Shown: piece by piece, positions 1 through 16,300 of the stretch
How the letters are laid out: every line of letters starts with the position of its first letter
Numbering within the stretch: position 1 is the first letter of the stretch
Assembly (NCBI RefSeq): GCF_003704095.1
Contig: NW_020845316.1
Location: forward strand, 310,001 to 374,000
Reading direction: 5' to 3'
Length of the DNA: 64,000 nucleotides
Source: Pocillopora damicornis
Lineage: Eukaryota
The notes under the pieces: generated by a model
What the model saw: the letters and a program-made list of their open reading frames with translations, nothing else
Told to the model about the DNA's origin: nothing
Database searches by the model: none
Position numbers and translations under genes: made by a program

Positions 1-376
1 AAATTCTGTAAATTAACAGGAGAATAGTCTTCATTTCTGAGGAATTTTGTGTAGTTGCAAGACAATTCTATCATTACTGATGCATTGTGAACACTATACT
101 ATAAGAAATACAATGTTAACACCCATTCTTATGCTGTAAGTCATCATAATATCCATGCTTTGTTGTACATTAAGCCCATGTGTGGAATAAGAAACAAGAC
201 AAATAAATTTTGGATACTGTACACTGTTTTTGCACAGTGACACCAATTTTTTTTCTAAGAGATCACTTCTTATCTGATTCCTTCCACCTTTCTGAATTTC
301 TGAATACCTGAAATTTTAGCTATTTTTGGACTCCCCTTAATAAGTGACATGATTATTAGAACAAAGAAAAACTCAC

Positions 377-1397
377 CAGCCACTTCATCTCCAATGCTGA
401 CTCTTGTGACTGCTGATCCAACTGAAAGCAAATAAATGATTAAACATGGACTCAAATATAACATTTAACATATTAAATGTTCAGAATGTTTATCCAATGT
501 TTGATGAAACAACTGTGTCTTTGAGTCACTACCATCTTATGAATGATGGATTAATTGAAGTACCTCATAAAAGGAAAAATTGAGTCCAATATAGAATAAA
601 TTTACTTTGACATAACCTCTTTCACGTGTGGCCCTTCTCTTAAACTGAATTTTGATAATTTAAATATCGTGCTTATTTTAAGTTTGGCAATGTATACCAT
701 TTGTAACAACTCCTGATATTTCTCTTCCAAATGGCTGTTCCTTCTTGCTTATCAAGTTAAATTCCTCTAAAATCTGCAACAGAAAAAAACACACTCATGT
801 CATCAGCCTTAACAATCGGAATATGAAGCACTCTTGTACAGAAGAAATTTATTAGCTATTTAGCAAGTGTTATTCAGAGTTTTGCACCTTGTTATGGTGT
901 GGAGACAAGCCGCAAGCTTTGACCTTTACTGCAACGCTATTTTCATCTAGTGTTGGGCACTCAAACTAAAAAATAAATAAAACATATTTTTCAAAACAAA
1001 CAGACTCCAAGTTGGTGTGAAAAAAAGTGGCCTACAAGATCCAGCAGACTATGTTACTGATGTTCTGACTCATTTCAATTTGACGTATCCTCTGATCTAT
1101 TGCCGAACGTAGCACCATGGAATTTTTTTTTAGAATACAAAGGGAAATGCTGTGATGATGGTGACGTAATCTATGCTTCTGTTCTGCAGTAGATCATGGG
1201 TAAGAACCAATGAAAATGCACAAATCACTTCAGATCTTAGACATCCGAAGTTCTGATTCAGTCGAACAAGTCCGGTCTCTAAACATAACATATGAATAGC
1301 AATGTCAATTTTCTCCTGCAGATCTCACCGATTCACGTAGTTCATAAACCCTTTGACCATTTTCGTCCTTTCTCACCACGACAGCTCTTGTCTGCAT
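377..1397 (-). CDS. CRYZL1: Quinone oxidoreductase-like protein 1 (zeta-crystallin-like, FERRY subunit); first four exons, gene continues off the left edge
   Basis: GT-AG exons 1397-1329, 965-888, 773-698 and 421-377 join in phase to MQTRAVVVRKDENGQRVYELRES-FECPTLDENSVAVKVKACGLSPHHNK-ILEEFNLISKKEQPFGREISGVVTN-VGSAVTRVSIGDEVAG. This matches recalled human CRYZL1 (VKLQVKACALS...PVGREIAGIVLDVGSKV...DEVVG). Confidence 0.85.
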
Positions 1398-1925
1398 CGT
1401 AAAAGGGATAATTCAACAGTACCAATCATATGGGAAGTAGTGTTCTGAATACCTTAGCCCTTTATTTGTGGTACCGCTGTACTGTTAACAAAGATAATGC
1501 TGGCGCTCTTAACCAGGCCAGGTAAACGGTCACGCACAGATTTTCTCATTGCGTGACGTGACAAACTGAAAGAAAAGCACAGTTATCTGTTTTCGATCTC
1601 ATATTTTTTTCGATCTCATATTTTTTTAAATTGAGAGGAAGTGCGAAAAGACGGAGTTTTATACATTGCTGAGTAAAATTTGTTTTTTTTTCATGGCTAA
1701 TTCTACATTGGGAAAACGTTTTTTCCACAGAAGGAGAATGAGAATGATTTGTAAGTTAATGAATAATTTAAAATATCTATCAGCAAAAATTTGTCAGTTA
1801 TCAAGTTTTTCAGTTTCAAAATAATTCATAGAAATGTGATGTAAAGTGGTCTTAATTCTTGTTGACGTCAAGACATGTTTATTTTCAAATTAGTAACCCT
1901 ATGAATGCTGGGTAATTTAAGCAAG
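1398..1925. promoter_or_regulatory. Putative bidirectional promoter between CRYZL1 and SFT2D
   Basis: The divergent start codons are about 530 bp apart. There is a perfect CRE palindrome TGACGTCA at 1863-1870 and TGACGTG at 1554-1560. Confidence 0.6.
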
Positions 1926-8046
<6,121 letters not shown>

Positions 8047-9039
8047 TATATATATTTTTTTGCCAATGGAGACATCAACCAACATGTTCAAAATTTGTAC
8101 TTACCGTTAAAAATTATCTTAATGATCATTGATGTGATGTTAATAATTCCATCCTAAATGTTGAATGAGCATTTTGAATGTCACCTAAATAACAAAGGGT
8201 CCAAATAGACCAAAATAGAACAAGGATTATTTGAAAAGGTTAAATTAGTTTGCAAATGTTGAACATTACAAAGTTAGGTTAAATTTCACAAGTTGGATTA
8301 ATTGTAATGTAGCTCCTCTAAAGAGTTTGCAAACAGCACTTTAGCTTGTGAGCAGGTTGTCTTTGGCAGTTCACCTTGAATAGCAAAGGCTGCAAGACAA
8401 GACTCTTGTAGGCGTTAATGTACATGCCTTGCTGTTTGTGCCTCAGTATTTATGAGAGCATGCTCATAGGATACAATTACCATAGACTGAAATCTCTTAT
8501 GGCTCAATTACAGTAACTGAAAATCACAAGCATTGTTTAAAGAGGCAAATGCCTTTTGTAACATCAACCTCTTAATCTTTTTTGTCAGAGCAAGTTGTAA
8601 TGTTCAATGTAAATAAAGCAATTTGTTTAATGATATTTTACAGGATGATGGTGTTTGGATAGAATGGTCAGCAAAGTGTGGGACAGCAGAATATTAAAAA
8701 ATTTAGTTTTTTATAGAAGGGGACATGATATGAAGGCATTGCAATGTGTTTGGTTTGAAATACTTTGAAGCTTTATTTTCTGCAATTCAGAACTGTGGTT
8801 GGTTGGTTGGTACAATTTATGGCACTCCCCCCTGCCGCCTCACCCTTCGTTTACCTAGATGCCAATGCCTGCCTCAATCTTGTTTCGTCTAAAAAATTGG
8901 GTTGTTGATTACCCAAGGTTTGCGTTTTTTGGTTGGTTACATTGTTCTTTTTTGTTGTTATTGTAAATAATTAAAAAAAAAAAGAATGAAAAAAAATCTA
9001 TATATACAGTAAAACACACCAAGAGACAACGGATCAGAG

Positions 9040-9263
9040 AATAGGCCAATTTATAGTTGGGTACTTAGTTGCCAAGCCTTTGATTTGGAGTGAGGCTGAA
9101 GTCGACCATGTTCTGATAGAAACTAGTATCTAGTTTGCGTAATAACACAGTCAGTGGTACATTTGAAAAGCAGCAAGGTTTGTATCATAACAAGGTCACT
9201 CTTAGCCTCATTCCTATTTTCAAAGGCTTGGCAACCAAGCACGCAACTGTAAAATGGACTATT
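9040..9263. mobile_element. MITE with long imperfect terminal inverted repeats
   Basis: aataggccaatttatagttg..cttagttgccaagcctttga pairs with tcaaaggcttggcaaccaag..caactgtaaaatggactatt. Confidence 0.75.
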
Positions 9264-9304
9264 CGAACTGTTCAAGTATCACGTAAACAAAAACACTAAA
9301 AGCT

Positions 9305-10960
9305 ATGTCGAAAAAGCGAGCATCCTCACCGGAAAATGACGAAAGGAAAAAGCAAAAGCTTTCACTTAGTCTTTCTGGGGTCAAAGCTGTGATTGTGGAG
9401 GTTGGTCTCGGAAAAACTCGGGCATCCATTTTGGCAAAACAACTGGAAAGACATGGTGGTATGCATCACAAGAACTTTGAAAGCTCAACAACACACGTGT
9501 TGGTTGACAAGAAATTAAAAATAGAGAGACTGAAAAAGTGTTTAGGTGTAAAAAGTATTCCTGAAGAAGTATACTTAGTGGATTCTGAGTGGTTGAGCAA
9601 GTGTCTGTCCGAGGGGAAACTCGTAGATTTAGAGCAGTACACTTTGGGTAAGGATGAATGTAAAGTTGAAGGGAAAGCTGTTAAAAATGAAGCGAATGTT
9701 AAAACAAGCGATCAAAAGCAGGCATCAGAACAAAGTGTTGATGAGCAAACTTCAACCACAATGCTTAAAACTGAAGCAATTTCATCAAATGACACAAAAA
9801 CTTTCAGTAAGTCCCCAACAAAACACTTGACCTCAAAAACTCAAGTAGACGATGACAGTGATTTTACCGATAGTGGTGACGAGGGAAGCAAATCAGACAG
9901 ATCTCCTGTTATTACACCCAACACCTCTCCAGAGAAACTTGGAAATGCAACCTGGGTATGTGCTCATGCCTCTACTACACAGCAACATAATCACAACCAA
10001 CCTATAACTGACAAGCTTCAAGTTCTTGCAACGGCATATGCCAACATTAAAGATCAGTGGAGAGCTCTGGGATATAAGAAAGCTATAGCATCAGTCAAAA
10101 ATTATCACAAAAGACTTGAAACTTGGGATGAATGTAGCAACCTTCCTTTTGTTGGAGAACGTCTTGCTAAGAAAATCTGGGAAATAGTTCAGACTGGTCA
10201 TTTACGAAGGCTTGATCATGTGGATCCTAGACAGGATGCCCTAAACTTGTTTGTTGGTGTTTGGGGTGCTGGGCCTATAACTGCAGAAGCTTGGGTCTCT
10301 CAAGGACTGAAAAGTCTTGAGGATCTGACACAGCATGGGAAGTTAACTAGACAACAAGAGATTGGCCTGAAATACTATGATGAATTTCTAGAGAGAATGC
10401 AAAGGGAAGAAGCTGGAAAGATTGAGGAAGTTGTTAAAAAAGCTGCATTTGACATTAACCCAGGATTACAAGCCTTTGCTTGTGGATCCTACCGCAGAGG
10501 GAAACCAACATGTGGTGATGTGGACATCATTGTATCACACCCAGATGGGAAATCTCATGAAGGAGTTATGGCAAAGCTATTAGAAAGTCTAAAATCCTCA
10601 GGATTTCTTACAGATGATCTTACTTTATCTGACAATGGGGAGCATAGAAAATACCTTGGAGTTTGCAAACTTCCTGGGGAAGATACAAAGCACAGACGTT
10701 TGGATATCATTGTTGTGCCTTACAATGAGTGGGCTTGTTCTTTGTTATACTTTACTGGTTCTGATTACTTTAATAGGTCCATGAGACTTCTTGCTAAGAA
10801 GAATGGCATGTCCCTCTCAGAGCACTCCTTGAATAAAGATGTTGTCCGGAAGGGAAGTGACAAGATTTTTGAAGGAACTCCACTTCCAGTATTCAGTGAG
10901 AAAGATGTGTTTGACTATCTTGGCCTGGACTACAGAGAACCTCATGAAAGGGATTGGTAG
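9305..10960 (+). CDS. POLL: DNA polymerase lambda (X family), single coding exon, 551 aa
   Basis: Basic N-terminal NLS, BRCT domain (THVLV..WLSKCL), Ser/Pro-rich linker and 8-kDa lyase domain (VGERLAKKIWEI..GHLRRLD). Catalytic motifs GSYRRGKPTCGDVD and RRLDII, steric gate YFTGS, and a C-terminal ERDW. Confidence 0.97.
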   Translation: MSKKRASSPENDERKKQKLSLSLSGVKAVIVEVGLGKTRASILAKQLERHGGMHHKNFESSTTHVLVDKKLKIERLKKCLGVKSIPEEVYLVDSEWLSKCLSEGKLVDLEQYTLGKDECKVEGKAVKNEANVKTSDQKQASEQSVDEQTSTTMLKTEAISSNDTKTFSKSPTKHLTSKTQVDDDSDFTDSGDEGSKSDRSPVITPNTSPEKLGNATWVCAHASTTQQHNHNQPITDKLQVLATAYANIKDQWRALGYKKAIASVKNYHKRLETWDECSNLPFVGERLAKKIWEIVQTGHLRRLDHVDPRQDALNLFVGVWGAGPITAEAWVSQGLKSLEDLTQHGKLTRQQEIGLKYYDEFLERMQREEAGKIEEVVKKAAFDINPGLQAFACGSYRRGKPTCGDVDIIVSHPDGKSHEGVMAKLLESLKSSGFLTDDLTLSDNGEHRKYLGVCKLPGEDTKHRRLDIIVVPYNEWACSLLYFTGSDYFNRSMRLLAKKNGMSLSEHSLNKDVVRKGSDKIFEGTPLPVFSEKDVFDYLGLDYREPHERDW

Positions 10961-13224
10961 TAACATCACAGAGTTTCCCTTGTTTATATAGAATGATAAT
11001 TCGCATTAAAAAACACACCATACTTTTTGACATGCAGACATTTTGATGCTAGCAGTTTAGAGTGGAGTGAGTCACATATGGTATATGCATCTTGTTGTGA
11101 TGCCTTTTAAAACTGGATAATTTACAAGAGCATCTGCCCTTCATGTAAGACATTTTTCATCAGTTTTCCAAAGCATAGATAGTGTTAGCTCTGGAAATAT
11201 CACCAACCACACTATACTCTTGAGTAGATAGCAATTTATGTAGATCTTTTTATTATTTATTGTGAAATTTGCATCTAGTGGACAAGGGTTCAGTAAACAA
11301 ACTACTCCATCCACTTCCTAGTGTCTTATCCTCCAGGTAACATTATTTATCCTTCAAACAATCAGAACTTGATGAGCAGTCTTTGCGCTTAAAATTTTCC
11401 TTTGTTCAATTTTTGTTTATACTGTGATTCTGTGATGTCTTTTCCCCTGTTTGAATTTGGTTTCTTGGTTTTAGTAATAACAGATAAAAGAAATCTCTAA
11501 GAGATCCCAAAAGTGTCTGGTACCTTAGCCTTATCACTTTACCTTTGGTATGAATCTTTATACTCAATTGAGTTTCAGTTTGGGTATATTTTTATTCTCT
11601 GATTGGTCCTACATGTAGTGACCCTCTCATTAATTTTAAAAAGTAGTTTAGGCAGTCACATGTATACTTATATTATGATTTTGTTGATTTTTATCCAGTA
11701 GGAGTTAAGTTATGTATTGAAATATGTTGCAGGCAACAGGTCTGACTCGATGTTGGACATTAAATGATAATTGAAGCATATTTCACATGCTTCAGATTTT
11801 GATTAATGTAATGAAATGTTTTAAGACTAGGATTTATTCAACCATCAATATTACGTTACAAAAAACATTTGTATTTTATACTCATGCATGTTGTTTATTT
11901 ACTCTTACATTTACCAATTACATCTCTTTACATGGAAAAATTGTATTTTTTGAAGAGTAGTAATCTTTAGAATAAATGTTCAATAATGCTTTAAAAAAAT
12001 CAATTATTTAACTATGTCGCTGGTGTTACACATACACAACAATAAACAATGGTAAATCTAGGGAGTTGTTTGATAGGAGTGGTGCAACCTTTGATTCTTA
12101 AGGTACAAATTTTTTTTCCTCATTAGAGCCTAAATAAACTGCAAGAGATTCCAAGACTTGTAACTATTGGTTATTGTTGAATTTTCAACTCTGAATATTA
12201 TTTTTTTAATTTTATGATTGGTTCACCCAATTCTGGTTATCAGGTTATATTCCAAGTCACTTATGTTGAAATGCATTATGTCAACTGTTGTGGAGCAGAA
12301 AAACGCTCAAATATCCAAATGTTTAGGATTTAATAAATTTAGTAAAATGATTCCATAAATTTAATAAAATTTATGATGTAATAAAATTTTAATAAAATAA
12401 TGAGGGGGTATGTACCTTGTTAGCTAATTACCATCTCATATGCAATGCACGCTCATGGAATGATTGGTAAATAACATGAGCCTGTCATTGCAAGAACTTT
12501 GGTTTTGGGAAAGATTTTTGTTTAAAAAACCTAACAATCCTATAGGGGAGCTGAATCCCTCTCCCTGGAACTTCCTCTGGTGTACACAGATTATTGGCAC
12601 AGTTTATGAAAGCCATTAGAAACCATAAATTAGAACAATAGATGAGTGCTTGTTTGACAATCTAGGAAATAAGATAATTATTTGGCTACTATTCAAAATT
12701 CTGCTCCTAAATTTTTATGACTTGAACATATCTCTAACTGCTAGTTTTATTAATTCTTCCTCAAATTGTGGTTACTGGTATGTTGATGCATGCCCTCTTT
12801 TCATAGAATATCAATTTTAATTTAGGAATTAAATCAGGCAAATTAAATACAGAGATTAACAGAAAATTCAGCAATAGGAGGTGCTCATGATAAATTGGCT
12901 TTTTCTTTGTAATTGTTTTTAATGTGTGACTGTTCATGTAATGATGGCTGAAGAGAAATGGTTTCTGCAACTAAATATAATCTGTACATTATGATCTGCA
13001 AAATATTATTGATAATAATTTTGTTATTTTCTCTGAGCTTCTAGGTAGCTCAAAATATCTTCTTCCAATTTAAGAGCTCTGGGGAGAATGAAATTTACGT
13101 CAACAAAGGAGCCTTGACGGCTCCCTTAAGACCTTAGTGGCGCTGGGTACGCGTTCCCTTCCGGGGTGTTACTTGGTTAAACCCCCATCCAGGGGAGGCC
13201 TGGGGTCAAATTGGGATTGTCGAC

Positions 13225-13239
13225 ATGGCGGGCAGATAG
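13225..13239 (+). promoter_or_regulatory. Candidate upstream ORF (MAGR*) 64 nt before the DUF21/CBS start
   Basis: cgacATGGCGGGCAGATAG in a strong, TISU-like initiation context. Confidence 0.5.
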
Positions 13240-13302
13240 CCTCGAATTCTTAAGTTTTTTTAAAATTGCGGAACTACAGGAAACTCTGAAGAACCACCAA
13301 AA

Positions 13303-16300
13303 ATGGGCTTTCTTTGTGTCAGGAAGGGTGAAGAGTCTCTGATGTGTAATGGAACTTTATATGATCGTCACGAGGAAGCGCTAAACTACAAGGACGGATC
13401 ATTTTGGGTTTACCTCGGAGTCTACATTGCCTTGGTGTTGTTTGCAGGCGAGTCAGCTTATAAATTATATTCTTTCTCGTAAGAGACTGCAATGATTCAC
13501 ATTTGAGGCGATTTTTCAAAGGTAAACGCACGAACAAAAATCGAAGTAGTTGATTCACAACGAAACTAAAGGTATATAAATTCTTAACGACTGGGCGTTA
13601 TGGTTTAAAGTTCAGAAATAGCTGTCAAGGAAATTTTAATAATTTAATATTCAAGGTTAACTAAAGCTAGCAAAAGTATGGGGATAAAACTTGAATTTGT
13701 TACAAAATTCCAGACAAAATTTGATTTGATTATTTTTTTTCAAATATTTTATATTGGACACGAAGATTATTTTTCATTTTTACATTTATGTATGGAAATC
13801 TGGAAGGACGAGGTTACGTTTAGTGTCTTTTAAAAGATCCTTTTATTCTCCAAAAGCTCATAATTTTATGAAAAAGGTTGATTTTCGATTTAAAAATCAT
13901 TTAGCTTTCAATCTTTCATTCTCAGACCTGGCCTGCACTACTTTTAATGACATATCATTTATGTTTAATTATATTTTTCAGGTTTGATGTCTGGACTGAC
14001 CATGGGCCTACTATCACTGGATATTTTGAGTTTAAAAGTTCTGCAAAGGGGAGGGAAGCCACAAGAGAAGAAACATGCTGCTAAAATTTTGCCATTGGTA
14101 GAAAAACATCACTTGTTATTGGTCACTCTCCTGTTGGCAAATGCTGCTGCAGTGGAGTCTATGCCAATTTTTATGGATAGGATCTCCAGTCCTGTTATTG
14201 CCATCTGTGTTTCAGTTACTGCTGTGCTGTTTTTTGGAGAGTAAGAGGATATATATATAAAGCCTTTTTGTTAAAGACAAAGAGAAAACTTTGGGGTGAC
14301 ACAGCTATTTCTATGTCATACCCATGAATAGGTCTGTTTTTCTCAGAGAGTTGGAGGATATGGAGGGCTTGATCATGATTATGATCAAGATCTTTTAGAA
14401 AACTTTGCAGAGACATGGAAATGTTGTTTGTGTCTCTTTATATATATATTTGGCAAATTCCTTTCTGGAAGTGATGCTTTATTCCAAAGATTGTTTACCT
14501 GCTTGTACATGTCGGTGTCAGTTATTTTGTCTTGTATTTTCCCAAATAGATTCAATGAAAGGTATCTTTCATGACTGCTAATACTAAAACAAATAATAGT
14601 AACAGTTCAAAGTAGATGTTGGCAGGCTCTGTGTGGAGTTTAAGTGAAAGAACTGTCTTAATATGCTGATATAGACAAAGCCGAAGAACAAAGTGAGAAC
14701 TTAGGAATGCAAAATTTAAGATGCTTTCTTATTGTGATCTTTGTGCATTTTATTGACAGAGTTGTTCCTCAAGCCCTATGTACCCGTTATGGCCTGGCTA
14801 TTGGTGCAACACTGGCACCGTAAGTTGTTCATCTGTGTTGTTGAATGATGGGTGGAATAACTGTTGTTAGTATATACCACACAAGTGAAAAGTGCTTATA
14901 GGCACACTGATTGGTTAGTGCGGAAGTGAATAGCAAGTACCATTCACCTCTGAGCAGTGGATGAGACAAAATCACACGTCAAAGTTTAATTTTTGACCAT
15001 TAATGGGTATAATGGAATAAATAAACTAATTTTTTAGTTTCTGTGTGTTATATTATAAAACAACCATTCACCTCAGTGTTTGTGAAAGTGGCAAATATCC
15101 ACCACTATTCACTGCCACTGAGGTGAATAATTGTTAATTTTTTTTTTTTTATCAGTGGGGTAAATCCCTCTTTTAAAAACAGTTCATTTGTGATAAAGGT
15201 TCATGAAGGAATTTATATAGGCTTTGTGTGATCCTGCTTTTGGGAACTATATGTCAAGTAGCATATTTGCATGGATGAAAATGTATTTCCTGTGATACTT
15301 CTTCTCACCAAGTATGTTCCAGACAGTGTATGTTGAAATGGTTTCCAAACTAGTATGATTCACTCTCTCCCTGGTTCCAGATATCTTGTGATAATCCTTA
15401 AACAAGAAAAGGAATATGAAACTCACTCTGAATAAGAAGATAATGTCTTAGTTATGTTTCCAGGAAGAAGTATCACTTAGTTTTGTGGACTGCAATTTCC
15501 TGCCTGCTGACTACCTGTGAAATTGTTTCGCTTCGCAGGATGGTGAAATTGCTAATGTTGTTACTGTTTGTGATTGCTTGGCCCATTTCTAAACTTTTGG
15601 ACTGTCTTCTGGGACATGAGCACTCCACTTTCTTCAGACGAGCAGGTACTACTACTGATAGTTGTCTTGTTACACAAAACGAGCATCCTTTTTAGCTTGG
15701 ATCATGATAATTTAGCAGTTTTTGAATGAAGAACTGCCTCTAATCTCTATTCTGTTAGAACTACGGGAACTTGTGGATCTTCACAGAGAGTCTGCAGATG
15801 CAAATGAAGATCCCCTCAGAGATGACGAGGTCCTGATTATACAGGTATGTTATTGTGTGTGTGGGTTCCCTGTGTCTAGGCACAGCTGAAAGAAAATGCA
15901 AGGATATTGCATCCAAAAGGGAGTTTTGGACTGAAAGCTTTTATGAGATGGGGATTTTTTTCCCAGCTTGAACTTTTTTCATAAAGTTGTGTCATCCACA
16001 TAAATGTCTTATATCAAGTTACTCTACTTAAAGGCATGTTGTGGACAAAAAAGTAAGAGAGTGGGTCCCAAGATCAATCTTTGAGACACTCCTTGTAAAA
16101 ACTGCTTACTGGTGGAACAGCAGCCATTAATATGCATTTATTATTTCCTGCTTGTAAGATATGACCTAAACCACTTTTTAAGAGTTTTTTTTTAACTTAA
16201 AAGGCTTTTTCACAATGACACGGTTGATACTTGAAACTGTTTTTCCAAATTTACTCGTTCACCATATGAAACATGTACAGTATAAATGTGAAAGGCTGGA

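Noticed and set aside
13225-13302. Stop-codon readthrough or N-terminal extension from ATG 13225 into the DUF21 ORF
   Set aside because: Two in-frame stops (TAG and TAA) intervene, and the only gt..ag span is too short for an intron.
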